DNA of 64,000 bases from Christensenellaceae bacterium (GTDB lineage: Bacteria > Bacillota > Clostridia > Christensenellales > CAG-138). A program made the position numbers and the translations under genes. The notes below the pieces were generated by a model. It worked only from the letters and a program-made list of their open reading frames with translations, was not told where the DNA came from and made no database searches. Of this stretch, positions 35,770 to 44,926 are shown one piece after another (position 1 is the stretch's first letter; every line of letters starts with the position of its first letter). The DNA lies in contig OY762962.1 in assembly GCA_963667195.1 (NCBI GenBank), forward strand, positions 1,754,591 to 1,818,590, written 5' to 3'.

Positions 35770-36877
35770 AAAAGGCGTTTTCGCCGGAGTCGGGTCTTTT
35801 ATTTCCAAGGCTTGGAAGCGCTATAGCTTCATTTTTGTCTTCGCCATCATACTGCTGGTGTATTCCTTTACCATCGAGGCAAACGGCAACGCGTTCAAGT
35901 GGGGCCACATTACGGCGATCCTCGCGAGCCAGAACACCGTCATCGTGGGCACGATGGCGCTGGGCATGGCGCTGGTCATCATCACAGGCCAGATCGACCT
36001 TTCGGTCGGCTCTGCGCTGGTGCTCTGCAGCGGCGTTGCCATCATGGCGTTCAACCTGACGAACAGCGTCATACTAACGCTCCTTGCGGCCGTTGCCGCA
36101 GGCGCGCTCTGCGGTCTCATCAACGGTGTGCTTGCGGGCTATGCCAAGATGCCGCCTTTCATCGTAACCCTCGGAACCATGCTGATCTACCGCTCGCTGA
36201 TGCTCTCGCTCGTGCGCGCCATCGATCCCGCGATTACGGGCTCGTCGAGCAGTCAGTTCGCCATGATCAGCGAAAACAGCGCGTATGACGCGCTTCGCAT
36301 GAAGTTCGGCACGGGCAGCCTTCCGGGCGTTTCGATTCCGTATATCACGTTTGTGTTCGTTGCGGTGATGCTGATCGCGCTACTGATTTCGCGCAAAACG
36401 AAATACGGCAAGAGCGTCTACGCGGTCGGCAGCAACGAGAAGGCGGCTTTCCTCGCAGGCGTCAATGTCCAGGGCGTGAAGGTCTCCGTGTTCGTGATCA
36501 CCGGCATTCTCGTGGGCATCGCGGCGTTTGTGCAGGCCTGTAAGATCGGCAACGTGACGCCGGCTTCCTCCGGCAAGAGCTATGAAATGTACGCCATCGC
36601 GGCGGTCGTCCTCGGCGGTGTGAGCATGAGCGGCGGCAAGGGCAACCTCCTTGGCGTGTTCTTCGGCGCGCTGTCCTATACGACGATCAACTTCATCATC
36701 GTTTCGATTCCCGCGCTCACCACGGACATTCAGGATACGTTCCAGGGCCTCGTGCTCATCGCGGTCATCCTGATTCAGACCGTTGGCCCGGTCATCAAGG
36801 AGCGCTTCACCGAGGCCCGCAAACGCAGCGCCTCCCGCAGACAGGCGCGGCAGGAGCTCGCGGACAGCAAAGGCTGA
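35759..36877 (+). CDS. sugar ABC transporter permease (RbsC/BPD family)
   Basis: Polytopic membrane protein. Start MSAKKGVF overlaps the end of the ATPase gene by 11 nt. Confidence 0.88.
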   Translation: MSAKKGVFAGVGSFISKAWKRYSFIFVFAIILLVYSFTIEANGNAFKWGHITAILASQNTVIVGTMALGMALVIITGQIDLSVGSALVLCSGVAIMAFNLTNSVILTLLAAVAAGALCGLINGVLAGYAKMPPFIVTLGTMLIYRSLMLSLVRAIDPAITGSSSSQFAMISENSAYDALRMKFGTGSLPGVSIPYITFVFVAVMLIALLISRKTKYGKSVYAVGSNEKAAFLAGVNVQGVKVSVFVITGILVGIAAFVQACKIGNVTPASSGKSYEMYAIAAVVLGGVSMSGGKGNLLGVFFGALSYTTINFIIVSIPALTTDIQDTFQGLVLIAVILIQTVGPVIKERFTEARKRSASRRQARQELADSKG

Positions 36878-36895
36878 AGCAAGACCTGATTACAG

Positions 36896-36940
36896 CAAAA
36901 AAGACCCGCGTTCCGCTTGTCAGCCGGCGCGGGTCTTGTT
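36896..36940. terminator. bidirectional terminator between convergent genes
   Basis: AAGACCCGCG...CGCGGGTCTT: a 10-bp perfect stem preceded by an A-run and followed by GTT. Confidence 0.65.
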
Positions 36941-36960
36941 ATAGAATTTTATCGTTTATG

Positions 36961-38997
36961 TTAGAGCAGCGTGCGGTAGTAGAGCCCGGCCGTATGCGGC
37001 TCCGTCGTTTGATCCCCGCGTACAAAGCGCGCGGTGATCGCCGCGACTTCATCCGGCGTCTCACGGGTAAAGTAGAGCAGCTGAAAGTCGAGTCCGCGCA
37101 TGTTTCGCTCCGCAATGTCGAGCGGCACGCTGTTGAGCAGGGTTGTCGTGCGATAATGGTCGCACTCGACGGGAAAGCGCACCTGCATGCGGTCGATGAG
37201 CTCGCCCGCTTGTCCGCAGGCGGCGCACCCGACGGAAGCCTTGATCGGACAGTTTCTCAGCTGCATGAGCGGCAGCGATCCGTAGGAGACGATGCCGCGT
37301 GAGAGCGTGCCGCCGAGGTTCTTGATGGCGCTCATCGCGAGCTCAAACGAGAGCGTGAGGCTGGCGAGCTTCTGCGCCTCATAGAAACTCAGTGCTTCCG
37401 TGTTGGTGCAGTTGAGTCCGTAGCCTCCGTGCACGGTCAAGCCGAAACGCCTGCCCAGCGCAATGCCGTAGACATTGTTCGCCCAGACGGAAGATAAACC
37501 AAGCTTGACCAGCGATTCCAGATTTGCGTCAAACGCGGGTTCGTCCGTGGGAAAGAGCACGGTCGGCAGTTGGGCTGTGAGCCTTTCACCAAATTGCGAG
37601 AGCAGCTCCGCGTCGATCTCCTCCGCGGGAAGCAGGATTCGATCAAACGAGTCTGCACTCGTAATCTGTTCTTTTGTGTAAAACCTTGCCCAGAGCGCGG
37701 GTTTCTCCGCTTGGGATTGGTACCGTTCCGGGGGTGCGAACGAGAAGTTCTCGCGCTTGTGCGGCTGAACCATGCCGCGTTGCGCGAGCAGCTCGTCCAG
37801 CGCCTCGCGACGAAGGGCATTGAGCGCGGAGGCGGGAAGGGTAAGCCCATCCGCAATCTCCGCTGCAAACGAGCGAACGAAGAACGGTGTTCCACCCGTT
37901 TTCTCCAGATTCTTTTTCGCGCTTTCCTCGTCCAGCGCGCGGTGGATCGCCCGTTCCGGTGCAGCACCCGTTGCGGTGACCGTGCGGGTGCCGTCGCTGA
38001 CGGTGAGCGTTGCCGCGGTTTCGTTGAGAGAGAACGTCAGATCGACGGGAACCAGCGGCGTCTCGTTGCGATACAGCGCGGCAAGCGATGCGAGCACGCC
38101 GTCCGCTCCCGTGACATCCTCTTTGGTGCGGTAGCCGAACATGTCCGCGTTGCGCGTCCCTTTGAGGTAGCCCGCCGTAAAACCGCTGCGCGAAAACACC
38201 GCGCGGAGGGCTTCCGCGTCATAGGGCTTGCCAGCAAGGGCGAGCCTGCAGGCGGCGGTCGCGGCGGCGACGTATTCCGGCCGCTTCATGCGCCCTTCGA
38301 TTTTAAACGAGTTCACGCCGGCGCTCGCCAGCTCCGTCAGGTGCGGGAGCAACGACATATCCTTGAGCGAGAGCGCGTAGGGATGGTCTCCGCTCGTCCA
38401 GTTCAGGCGACAGGGCTGGGCGCAGAGCCCGCGGTTGCCGCTTCTTCCGCCGAGCATGGCGGAAAGATAGCACGCGCCGGAGACGCTCATGCAATGCGCG
38501 CCGTGGATGAACGCTTCCTTTTGGATCGACACTGCGGCGCAGATGGATTCGATCTCGCGCAGAGACAGCTCGCGCGCGAGCACGATACTGTCGAAGCCGA
38601 CGCTCTCCAGAAACTTTGCGCCGTCTACGTTGTGCACCGCGGTCTGCGTTGAGGCAAAGCGCTTGAGGCTCGGGTATCGCGTCGCAAACAGGCGCAGCAC
38701 CGCCATATCCTGAATGATCACCGCGTCCGCGCCCGCATTCGCGATGCGCTCCGCTTCCTCTTCCAGCGCGGCAAGCTCTGTGTCCAGCACGACGGTATTG
38801 ACGGTGACATAGACCTTGACCCCGCGCGCGTGACAATAGGAGACGGCCTGCGTTAAGTCCGTCTCGGCGAAATTTGCGGCGTTTCGGCGCGCGTTGAAGT
38901 TTAGTCCGCCGAGGTAGACGGCGTCAGCTCCGCAGCGCACGGCGGCAAGCAGCTGCTCTTCGCCACCGACGGGCGCGAGAATTTCGGGTCTTTGCAT
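36961..38997 (-). CDS. U32 family peptidase-like protein (long form)
   Basis: MQRPEILAPVGG...GADAVYLG start typical of the U32 family. 678 aa with an extended C-terminal region. Confidence 0.85.
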   Translation of the reverse strand: MQRPEILAPVGGEEQLLAAVRCGADAVYLGGLNFNARRNAANFAETDLTQAVSYCHARGVKVYVTVNTVVLDTELAALEEEAERIANAGADAVIIQDMAVLRLFATRYPSLKRFASTQTAVHNVDGAKFLESVGFDSIVLARELSLREIESICAAVSIQKEAFIHGAHCMSVSGACYLSAMLGGRSGNRGLCAQPCRLNWTSGDHPYALSLKDMSLLPHLTELASAGVNSFKIEGRMKRPEYVAAATAACRLALAGKPYDAEALRAVFSRSGFTAGYLKGTRNADMFGYRTKEDVTGADGVLASLAALYRNETPLVPVDLTFSLNETAATLTVSDGTRTVTATGAAPERAIHRALDEESAKKNLEKTGGTPFFVRSFAAEIADGLTLPASALNALRREALDELLAQRGMVQPHKRENFSFAPPERYQSQAEKPALWARFYTKEQITSADSFDRILLPAEEIDAELLSQFGERLTAQLPTVLFPTDEPAFDANLESLVKLGLSSVWANNVYGIALGRRFGLTVHGGYGLNCTNTEALSFYEAQKLASLTLSFELAMSAIKNLGGTLSRGIVSYGSLPLMQLRNCPIKASVGCAACGQAGELIDRMQVRFPVECDHYRTTTLLNSVPLDIAERNMRGLDFQLLYFTRETPDEVAAITARFVRGDQTTEPHTAGLYYRTLL

Positions 38998-39113
38998 GAA
39001 AAATTGGTTCTCCTTTACGACGGTAACCGCCGTGTGGTAAGACTATTGTATAACAAAATATCCGTTCTGAGAAACGAAAATGCATCCGCGTATGCGACCG
39101 GAAAGGATTCGGC

Positions 39114-40064
39114 ATGAAGGACGTCATCATCGGCATCGACATCGGGGGCACGCATCTGCGCATTGGAGCCGTGGATCGCGCGGGGCAGGTCGCCTGCTTT
39201 GAGAAGCGGGAGAGCCGCGAAGTCTGCGGAGAGAGCGGGTCTGGTACGCGACTCATCGCGCTGATACGGGACTATCTTGCGCGAAACGGGCTCGCTTCCC
39301 GCGCGCGCGCAATTGCAGTCGGCTTTCCTTCCACCGTGAGCCGCGACAAACGCACCGTCTACAGCAGCCCCAATCTGCCGCTTGGCGGCGCGGACGGGCT
39401 GGACGGGCGGGACGTGGTGGAGCGGCTGGAGGATGCGCTCGGTGTGAAGACGTTTCTCGATCGTGACACGATCTTTCTGCTGCAATACGACCTCGTGCGG
39501 CTCAACCTGAAGGAGCGGGGCTGCACACTCGGTATCTATTACGGCACGGGCATCGGCAACGCGATCTATCTCAACGGCAAATTCCTGGTGGGCATGCACG
39601 GCGTTGCCGCAGAACTTGGGCACATTCCGTATTTCGGGAGCACGAACGTATGCGGCTGCGGCAGCCGCGCCTGCGCGGAGACGCACGCGGGCGGCTATGT
39701 GTTGCGCAATATCTGGAAGGAACATTATCCGACCGAACCGTTTTGTGAGATTTTTCAGCGGCACAGCGAGGATGCGATCATTCAAACCTTCATCGAAGCG
39801 ATGGCGATTCCGTTTGCGACGGAGCTGAACCTCTTCGATCCGGATCAGGTGATCCTTGGCGGCGGCGTGGTCGAGATGGCGGGGTTCCCGATGGAACGAT
39901 TGTTGGGATATGTTCGCACATTCGTGCGAAAGCCGTATCCGGGCGAGGATTACGCGCTCATTCGCGCCTCCGCCGTGCCAGAAATCGGCGTGGCCGGCGC
40001 TGGGTACTACGCGTGGGATCGTCTGGCGGAGATGCCCGCAGAAAAAGGAGAAATGGAAGTATGA
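39114..40064 (+). CDS. ROK family sugar kinase
   Basis: IGIDIGGTHLRIG ATP-binding motif and the Zn motif CGCGSRACAETHAGG. Confidence 0.88.
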   Translation: MKDVIIGIDIGGTHLRIGAVDRAGQVACFEKRESREVCGESGSGTRLIALIRDYLARNGLASRARAIAVGFPSTVSRDKRTVYSSPNLPLGGADGLDGRDVVERLEDALGVKTFLDRDTIFLLQYDLVRLNLKERGCTLGIYYGTGIGNAIYLNGKFLVGMHGVAAELGHIPYFGSTNVCGCGSRACAETHAGGYVLRNIWKEHYPTEPFCEIFQRHSEDAIIQTFIEAMAIPFATELNLFDPDQVILGGGVVEMAGFPMERLLGYVRTFVRKPYPGEDYALIRASAVPEIGVAGAGYYAWDRLAEMPAEKGEMEV

Positions 40065-41023
40065 AACAACGATTCACCATCATCGGAGCGGCACATCTGG
40101 ACGCGCTGGTCGAAGGCTTTGACGAAGGCCAGCTGCGGTTGGGCTCCGTGCCTGCGGAGCGGATTCGCCTCGGTTACGGCGGCGACGCGCTCAACGAGGC
40201 GGTGACGCTCTCGCGCCTTGGCGGAGAAGTTTCGCTTGTGAGCAAGATCGGCCAAGACAGCGCAGGTGATATGGTGCTTGCCTTCTGCCATTTATCGGGG
40301 CTCTCGAGCGCGCGGATTGCGCGGGAGAGCGAACTCGCGACGAGCATGAACATCGTGCTGATCGATCACGCGGGGGAGCGGAGATTCATCACCGACCCGA
40401 GAAGCAGCCTGCGCGCGCTTTCGCTTTCGGACGTGCTGCCACATCTGGACGCGCTCGCACCCGTGGTTTGCTTTGCTAGCCTGTTTGTGTTTCCGCGCTT
40501 TCACGCGGAGGAGCTTGAGACGCTGTTCTCCGCAATCAAGACGCGAGGTTGCCTGCTTGCCGCCGACATGACCAAGCGCAAAAACGGCGAAAAGCTCGCC
40601 GATCTTGCGGGCGTTTGGTCAAATCTGGACATCGTCTTTGCCAACGCGGAGGAGGCGGGGCTACTTTGCGACTCTGCGGACGTTCCGGCGATGGCGCGGG
40701 AGTTTCGTTCCGCGGGCGTCGGTTGTGCGGTCATCAAGACGGGAGCTAAGGGTTGCTATGTGTGCTCCGACGCGTTTACGGGAGCGGTTGCGGGTTGCGT
40801 GAGCCGTGCCTGCGTGGATACAACGGGAGCGGGCGATACCTTCGCCGCGGCGTTTCTCTTTGCCCGCGCAAGCGGACGAAATTACGAGGATTGTGCCCGC
40901 TTTGCCAACGCCGCAGCCTCCATCTGCGTGGAACATCTGGGCGCAACTACGCACGAGATCACGCAAGAAGAGGTGCTTAACCGATGCCGTGAAACCTACG
41001 GCGAAGGGTTTGGCGTGCTATAA
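40061..41023 (+). CDS. PfkB family carbohydrate kinase
   Basis: C-terminal DTTGAGDTFAAAF motif. ATGA overlap with the ROK gene stop. Confidence 0.88.
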   Translation: MKQRFTIIGAAHLDALVEGFDEGQLRLGSVPAERIRLGYGGDALNEAVTLSRLGGEVSLVSKIGQDSAGDMVLAFCHLSGLSSARIARESELATSMNIVLIDHAGERRFITDPRSSLRALSLSDVLPHLDALAPVVCFASLFVFPRFHAEELETLFSAIKTRGCLLAADMTKRKNGEKLADLAGVWSNLDIVFANAEEAGLLCDSADVPAMAREFRSAGVGCAVIKTGAKGCYVCSDAFTGAVAGCVSRACVDTTGAGDTFAAAFLFARASGRNYEDCARFANAAASICVEHLGATTHEITQEEVLNRCRETYGEGFGVL

Positions 41024-41111
41024 TCCGAATTCAGTAAAAAACACTTCACTGGAGCGCGGGGCTATGTTACGATAGCGGAAATGTCTTTTGATTTGTGGGA
41101 ATGGGGGAATC

Positions 41112-42332
41112 ATGCAAGAGAAACGAAAAAGAGAGCTGTATCTGTTCTTTGCCGTTATTGTAGCGGTGAATCTGGGAATCGGGTTCAGCGACGGACTGTT
41201 TTCCAATTACTTTAAGGATGTCTATCAGGTCGACGGGTTCCTGCGCGGGTTGATCGAATTCCCGCGCGAAATGCCGGGCGTGATCACGTTTTTTCTCGTC
41301 AGCGCGCTGTCTTTCTTGGGCGACATCACCATCGCGATCTTCGCGCAGGGCATCGCCGCAATCGGGCTGATGGTGCTGGGGCTCGTCACGCCGTCCTATG
41401 GCGTGATGCTGGTGTTTCTGTTCATCAACTCCTTAGGTGTGCATCTTTACATGCCTCTGCGGGACAGCATCGGCATGTCACTCGCGGAGCCGGATCAAAT
41501 CGGCAAGCGCATGGGGCAATACGCGGGCATCAGCTTTGCCGTGTTGACCGTTGCGGGGTTGAGCGTGTTTTTCCTGTTTCGATTCGGCGTATTCAGCTTC
41601 TTAAGCAAGACGAAATGGACGTTTGTCGTCGCTTCCGGGTTCTATCTCTTGGCGATGTTCATGATGATCCGCCTCAAGCTGGAGACGGGGCAGATACGCG
41701 TCAAGCGCGAGAAAGTCAAGCTGATCTTCCGCAAGGAATACAAATATTACTATTTGCTCGCCATCGTGTTCGGCGTGCAAAAGCAGGTCATGCTCGTGTT
41801 CGGTCCGTGGGTGCTGATTGAAACGCTGGGCCAGCACGTGGATACGATCGTGTTGTTGGGGATCATCGCTTCCACACTCGGCATGTTCTTCATGCCGCAA
41901 CTTGGCAAGTGGATCGACCGATTTGGCGTGAAAAAGCTGCTGTATGCGGACGCGCTCTCGTTTATCTTCGTCTATCTGTGCTACGGCGCGCTTTCGCAGA
42001 GCTTCAACACCGGCGCATTGGCGAAGGTTGGCATTCCCGTGATCGTCACCTGCGCGCTGTTCATCGTAGATCGGCTCTCGTCCCAGATGGGCATCATCCG
42101 CGTGATCTATCTCAAGTCGATCGCGCTCACGCCTTCGGACGTGACGCCAACGCTCTCGCTCGCGATGATGATGGATCATATCGTCTCTATCCTCGTAGGC
42201 GTGTCCGGAGGCCTGCTGTGGGTGAAATTCGGATCGCACTACATCTTCTATGCGGTGGCTGCGCTGTCGCTGGTCAACCTCGCGGTGGCAATCCTCGTGA
42301 AAGACCCGCGCAAGATCGAGGTTCGCCTGTAA
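41112..42332 (+). CDS. MFS transporter
   Basis: Roughly 12 hydrophobic segments. Start at the ATG at 41112; the ORF track start at 41088 is a TTG. Confidence 0.8.
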   Translation: MQEKRKRELYLFFAVIVAVNLGIGFSDGLFSNYFKDVYQVDGFLRGLIEFPREMPGVITFFLVSALSFLGDITIAIFAQGIAAIGLMVLGLVTPSYGVMLVFLFINSLGVHLYMPLRDSIGMSLAEPDQIGKRMGQYAGISFAVLTVAGLSVFFLFRFGVFSFLSKTKWTFVVASGFYLLAMFMMIRLKLETGQIRVKREKVKLIFRKEYKYYYLLAIVFGVQKQVMLVFGPWVLIETLGQHVDTIVLLGIIASTLGMFFMPQLGKWIDRFGVKKLLYADALSFIFVYLCYGALSQSFNTGALAKVGIPVIVTCALFIVDRLSSQMGIIRVIYLKSIALTPSDVTPTLSLAMMMDHIVSILVGVSGGLLWVKFGSHYIFYAVAALSLVNLAVAILVKDPRKIEVRL

Positions 42333-42402
42333 TCGGCTGAGCGCATCCAATGCTCCGGAACGATCTAAATCAAAGAGAAACTAATGAACGCAATGAGCAA
42401 TC

Positions 42403-42436
42403 AAAAACTGACGCCGTGAGGCGTCAGTTTTATTTT
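42403..42436. terminator. bidirectional Rho-independent terminator
   Basis: AAAAA-CTGACGCC-GTGA-GGCGTCAG-TTTTATTTT. Confidence 0.8.
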
Positions 42437-42451
42437 GCGTTCGGTTTTCTG

Positions 42452-44602
42452 TTATCTGTAGCGGCGACGGCGCGGGGTGTTCGCGATCTGCATGATCAGC
42501 AGTACGATACCGAAGAGGAGAACGATTCCGCCGCAGAGATAGATCCAGGAGTAGGTGCTACTCTGGGTGGGCTGTTGCTCCAGTGCGCTGTCCGTGGCGG
42601 TTTTCTCGAAGTGCCGCACGGTGCCGCTCGCATCCGCCGAGACGGGGGTATAGTTGCCGTCTCCCGCGCGCGTCACGTTGAGGGAGTAGGGCTCGCCTTC
42701 CAGCGCGGTAACGGTTACGGTATAGCTGCCGTCTTGCGCCGCGGCATCGACCTTGCAGCCGACAGGCTTAAACTCAATCTTACCGTTTCCGCTGCCACCG
42801 GTGAGCTGAATATCAAACGTACTTCCGGAGAAGGCACCCTCGTTCCAGCCGTTGATCGCGAGCGCTGTCTGAATGGCGCCGGCGGTCGTTCCCTCAAAGG
42901 TGGCGGGAGCGGAGGCTTCGAAGGTTGCGTCTGCTGCTCTTGCGGCACAGACGGAATAATTCTTGCCAGCCAGCGGATAAACGGAGATAATGTAGACGTT
43001 GGTTTCGCCGCTCTTGAGTCGGGCTGCGCAGCCATCGTTTGTGGTGAGCGTTGTGGCACCCGTTCCGTTGCCGCCGCTGACCGTGACTTCAAATGCGCTT
43101 CCGGCGGGCGCGTTCGCAATCCAGTTCTCAATCTGAATCGGATTCTGGAGGCCTTTGCCGGATTGTCCGATATAGGTACGCGTCTGCTGCGGCTCATACT
43201 GCTCGGTTTCACCCATGGCCGCGCTGAGCGAGTAGCCGCCCGCGGATGTGACCGTAACCGTAAACTTCGTGTCCTTGGTGCCTGTTGCGGGGGTTACCGT
43301 GCAACCGCTGGCAACGAAGCTGATCGGCGCATCTTCGGCACCGCCGACGACCTTGATCTGGAAGGAATCGTTGCAGTTCTTCGTATCCGACCAACCGGAG
43401 ACCGCGAGCGTATGCTTCTGCGTCTTGACGGAAACGCCGCTCATGGAGGCGGAGACGTTGTTATAGCCGTAGTTGCCGGGGCGCGTTGCGGTGAGGGCAT
43501 ACGGGCCGACAGAATCCACCGTGACCTCATATTCTTCATTAGAAAGCTTGTTCACCGTGCAGCCGACGGACGTGATTGTCATCGCCTCTTTGGTGCTACC
43601 ACCGGAGATGCGGAGCGTGAAGGGCTCGCCGCTCTTTGCGTCGCTGACCCAGTCTTCAATGCGAATCGCCGTTTGATCGGACTTGCTCGAGCAGCCGCTC
43701 AAAATTGCGGAATAGGCGCTGTTGTAGTTCGAGTTGCCGTCCATCATCGCGGTGAGCGAATAGGCGCCGACGCGGGTGACGGTAACCTCAAACTCGGTAT
43801 CTGCCGTGCCGATAGCGGGGGAAACGGTGCATCCATCCGCGAGGAAGGAAATTGCGCCGCTGGTGTTGCCGCCGTAGACATGAATCTTAAAGTGGTCGTA
43901 GTAATCCTTTGCGCCGCCCCAACCGGAAACGCTCAGCGGTATTTGATCCGCCCTGCCTGCAACACCCGAACGGATGTCTTTCGCAAGATCGGATACCCCG
44001 CTGGATGTGGCGGTCAGCGAATACGGGCCGGCGCCGGTGACGGTGACCGTATAGGTGTCTGCTCCGGTTCCGTTGAGGGGAAATACCGTGCAATTCTCGG
44101 CTTTAAAGGCAATTGGTTCTGTCGGGGAAACGCCCTGAAGCGTGATATCAAAGCTCTCGCCGCAGTTCTTTGCGCCCTGCCAGGAGAGGATGGAGAGTGC
44201 GTTTGCATCGCGAATCTTCAGCTCGGATACCCCCGGTGGTACAATGGCATCTTCGGTCGGCTGAAGCTGCACGACATTGTTTGTCGCGGCTTCGGCGGCG
44301 GGTTCGTTCGCTTTCTGGCTTTCTTCTACGCGAAAAGACTGCAACAGGGTTTTTGTTGCAGCGCTTGCGGGTTTGTATGCAAATATGACAGCGAGACCAA
44401 AGAACAAAATGAATGCGACCAATGCATATACTCTGCGTTTTGCGCGTTTTCTTGCAGAGCGAACAGACCGTCTACGGCTTGTCGATCGGTTAGGAGGTGC
44501 GTCATGAGAATATGTGTACCTACCCGTTTGTCCCATCGTCATTTCCCCCGGCTCTTCGTCGCAAAACACTGCCATGAAGCGGAATCCTGCAACATCCGTC
44601 AT
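42452..44602 (-). CDS. membrane-anchored protein with six tandem beta-sandwich-like repeats; function unknown
   Basis: Basic N-terminus plus a TM (aa 58-76), six 86-92-aa repeats, then a C-terminal TM and an RRRRYR tail. ATGs at 44542 and 44536 (after GGGGGAA) are plausible alternative starts. Confidence 0.8.
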   Translation of the reverse strand: MTDVAGFRFMAVFCDEEPGEMTMGQTGRYTYSHDAPPNRSTSRRRSVRSARKRAKRRVYALVAFILFFGLAVIFAYKPASAATKTLLQSFRVEESQKANEPAAEAATNNVVQLQPTEDAIVPPGVSELKIRDANALSILSWQGAKNCGESFDITLQGVSPTEPIAFKAENCTVFPLNGTGADTYTVTVTGAGPYSLTATSSGVSDLAKDIRSGVAGRADQIPLSVSGWGGAKDYYDHFKIHVYGGNTSGAISFLADGCTVSPAIGTADTEFEVTVTRVGAYSLTAMMDGNSNYNSAYSAILSGCSSKSDQTAIRIEDWVSDAKSGEPFTLRISGGSTKEAMTITSVGCTVNKLSNEEYEVTVDSVGPYALTATRPGNYGYNNVSASMSGVSVKTQKHTLAVSGWSDTKNCNDSFQIKVVGGAEDAPISFVASGCTVTPATGTKDTKFTVTVTSAGGYSLSAAMGETEQYEPQQTRTYIGQSGKGLQNPIQIENWIANAPAGSAFEVTVSGGNGTGATTLTTNDGCAARLKSGETNVYIISVYPLAGKNYSVCAARAADATFEASAPATFEGTTAGAIQTALAINGWNEGAFSGSTFDIQLTGGSGNGKIEFKPVGCKVDAAAQDGSYTVTVTALEGEPYSLNVTRAGDGNYTPVSADASGTVRHFEKTATDSALEQQPTQSSTYSWIYLCGGIVLLFGIVLLIMQIANTPRRRRYR
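42608..44215 (-). repeat. six diverged tandem coding repeats of about 260-275 bp each
   Basis: Each unit has the pattern W...F.I.V.GG....I.F...GC.V......Y.VTV...G.YSLTA. Trp residues at aa 141, 228, 318, 404, 494 and 586. Cys residues at aa 171, 258, 348, 434, 525 and 616. Confidence 0.8.
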
Positions 44603-44646
44603 CTCGTAACAATTGCGTTACGGTCTATTCATGGAAATTTAATATT

Positions 44647-44675
44647 ATACTATCTCCCTGAGTATACAATGTCAA
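44647..44675 (-). promoter_or_regulatory. putative promoter of the repeat-protein gene
   Basis: Minus strand reads TTGACA, 17-nt spacer, TAGTAT; a TATAAT follows 3 nt further downstream. Confidence 0.4.
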
Positions 44676-44822
44676 GGAAAATTTTACAAATTATTGTATC
44701 GAAGCGGGGTTTCATGCACAATCTGTTGGGGTTGGCGGATTCGTTCATAAATTATTTATTTTCGCAGGATTTTTGCGGTTTTGCATAATTTGTGAAGCGT
44801 TTTTCGCCCGGTGGGGAGCGGA

Positions 44823-44851
44823 TGTCCAAATCGCATCCAGTTTGGTATAAT
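44823..44851 (+). promoter_or_regulatory. putative promoter of the moeA operon
   Basis: TGTCCA, 17-nt spacer, TATAAT, with an extended -10 (TGGTATAAT). Confidence 0.45.
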
Positions 44852-44926
44852 AGGTCATAATTCTGCAAAAAAATTCAAGTTTTTTATATACCTTATGGGG
44901 TAATTGCGAAAAAAGCGAAAGGAATT

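Noticed and set aside
42452-42560. A sortase (LPXTG) sorting signal at the C-terminus of the repeat protein.
   Set aside because: A hydrophobic segment plus a basic tail is present, but the preceding sequence (EQQPTQSSTYSW) has no LPXTG-like pentapeptide.
42350-44788. 812-aa plus-strand ORF overlapping the repeat-protein gene.
   Set aside because: It is Arg/Gly/Cys-rich and low-complexity, and it runs through both the bidirectional terminator and the promoter region. The minus-strand reading gives coherent TM segments and six regular repeats.
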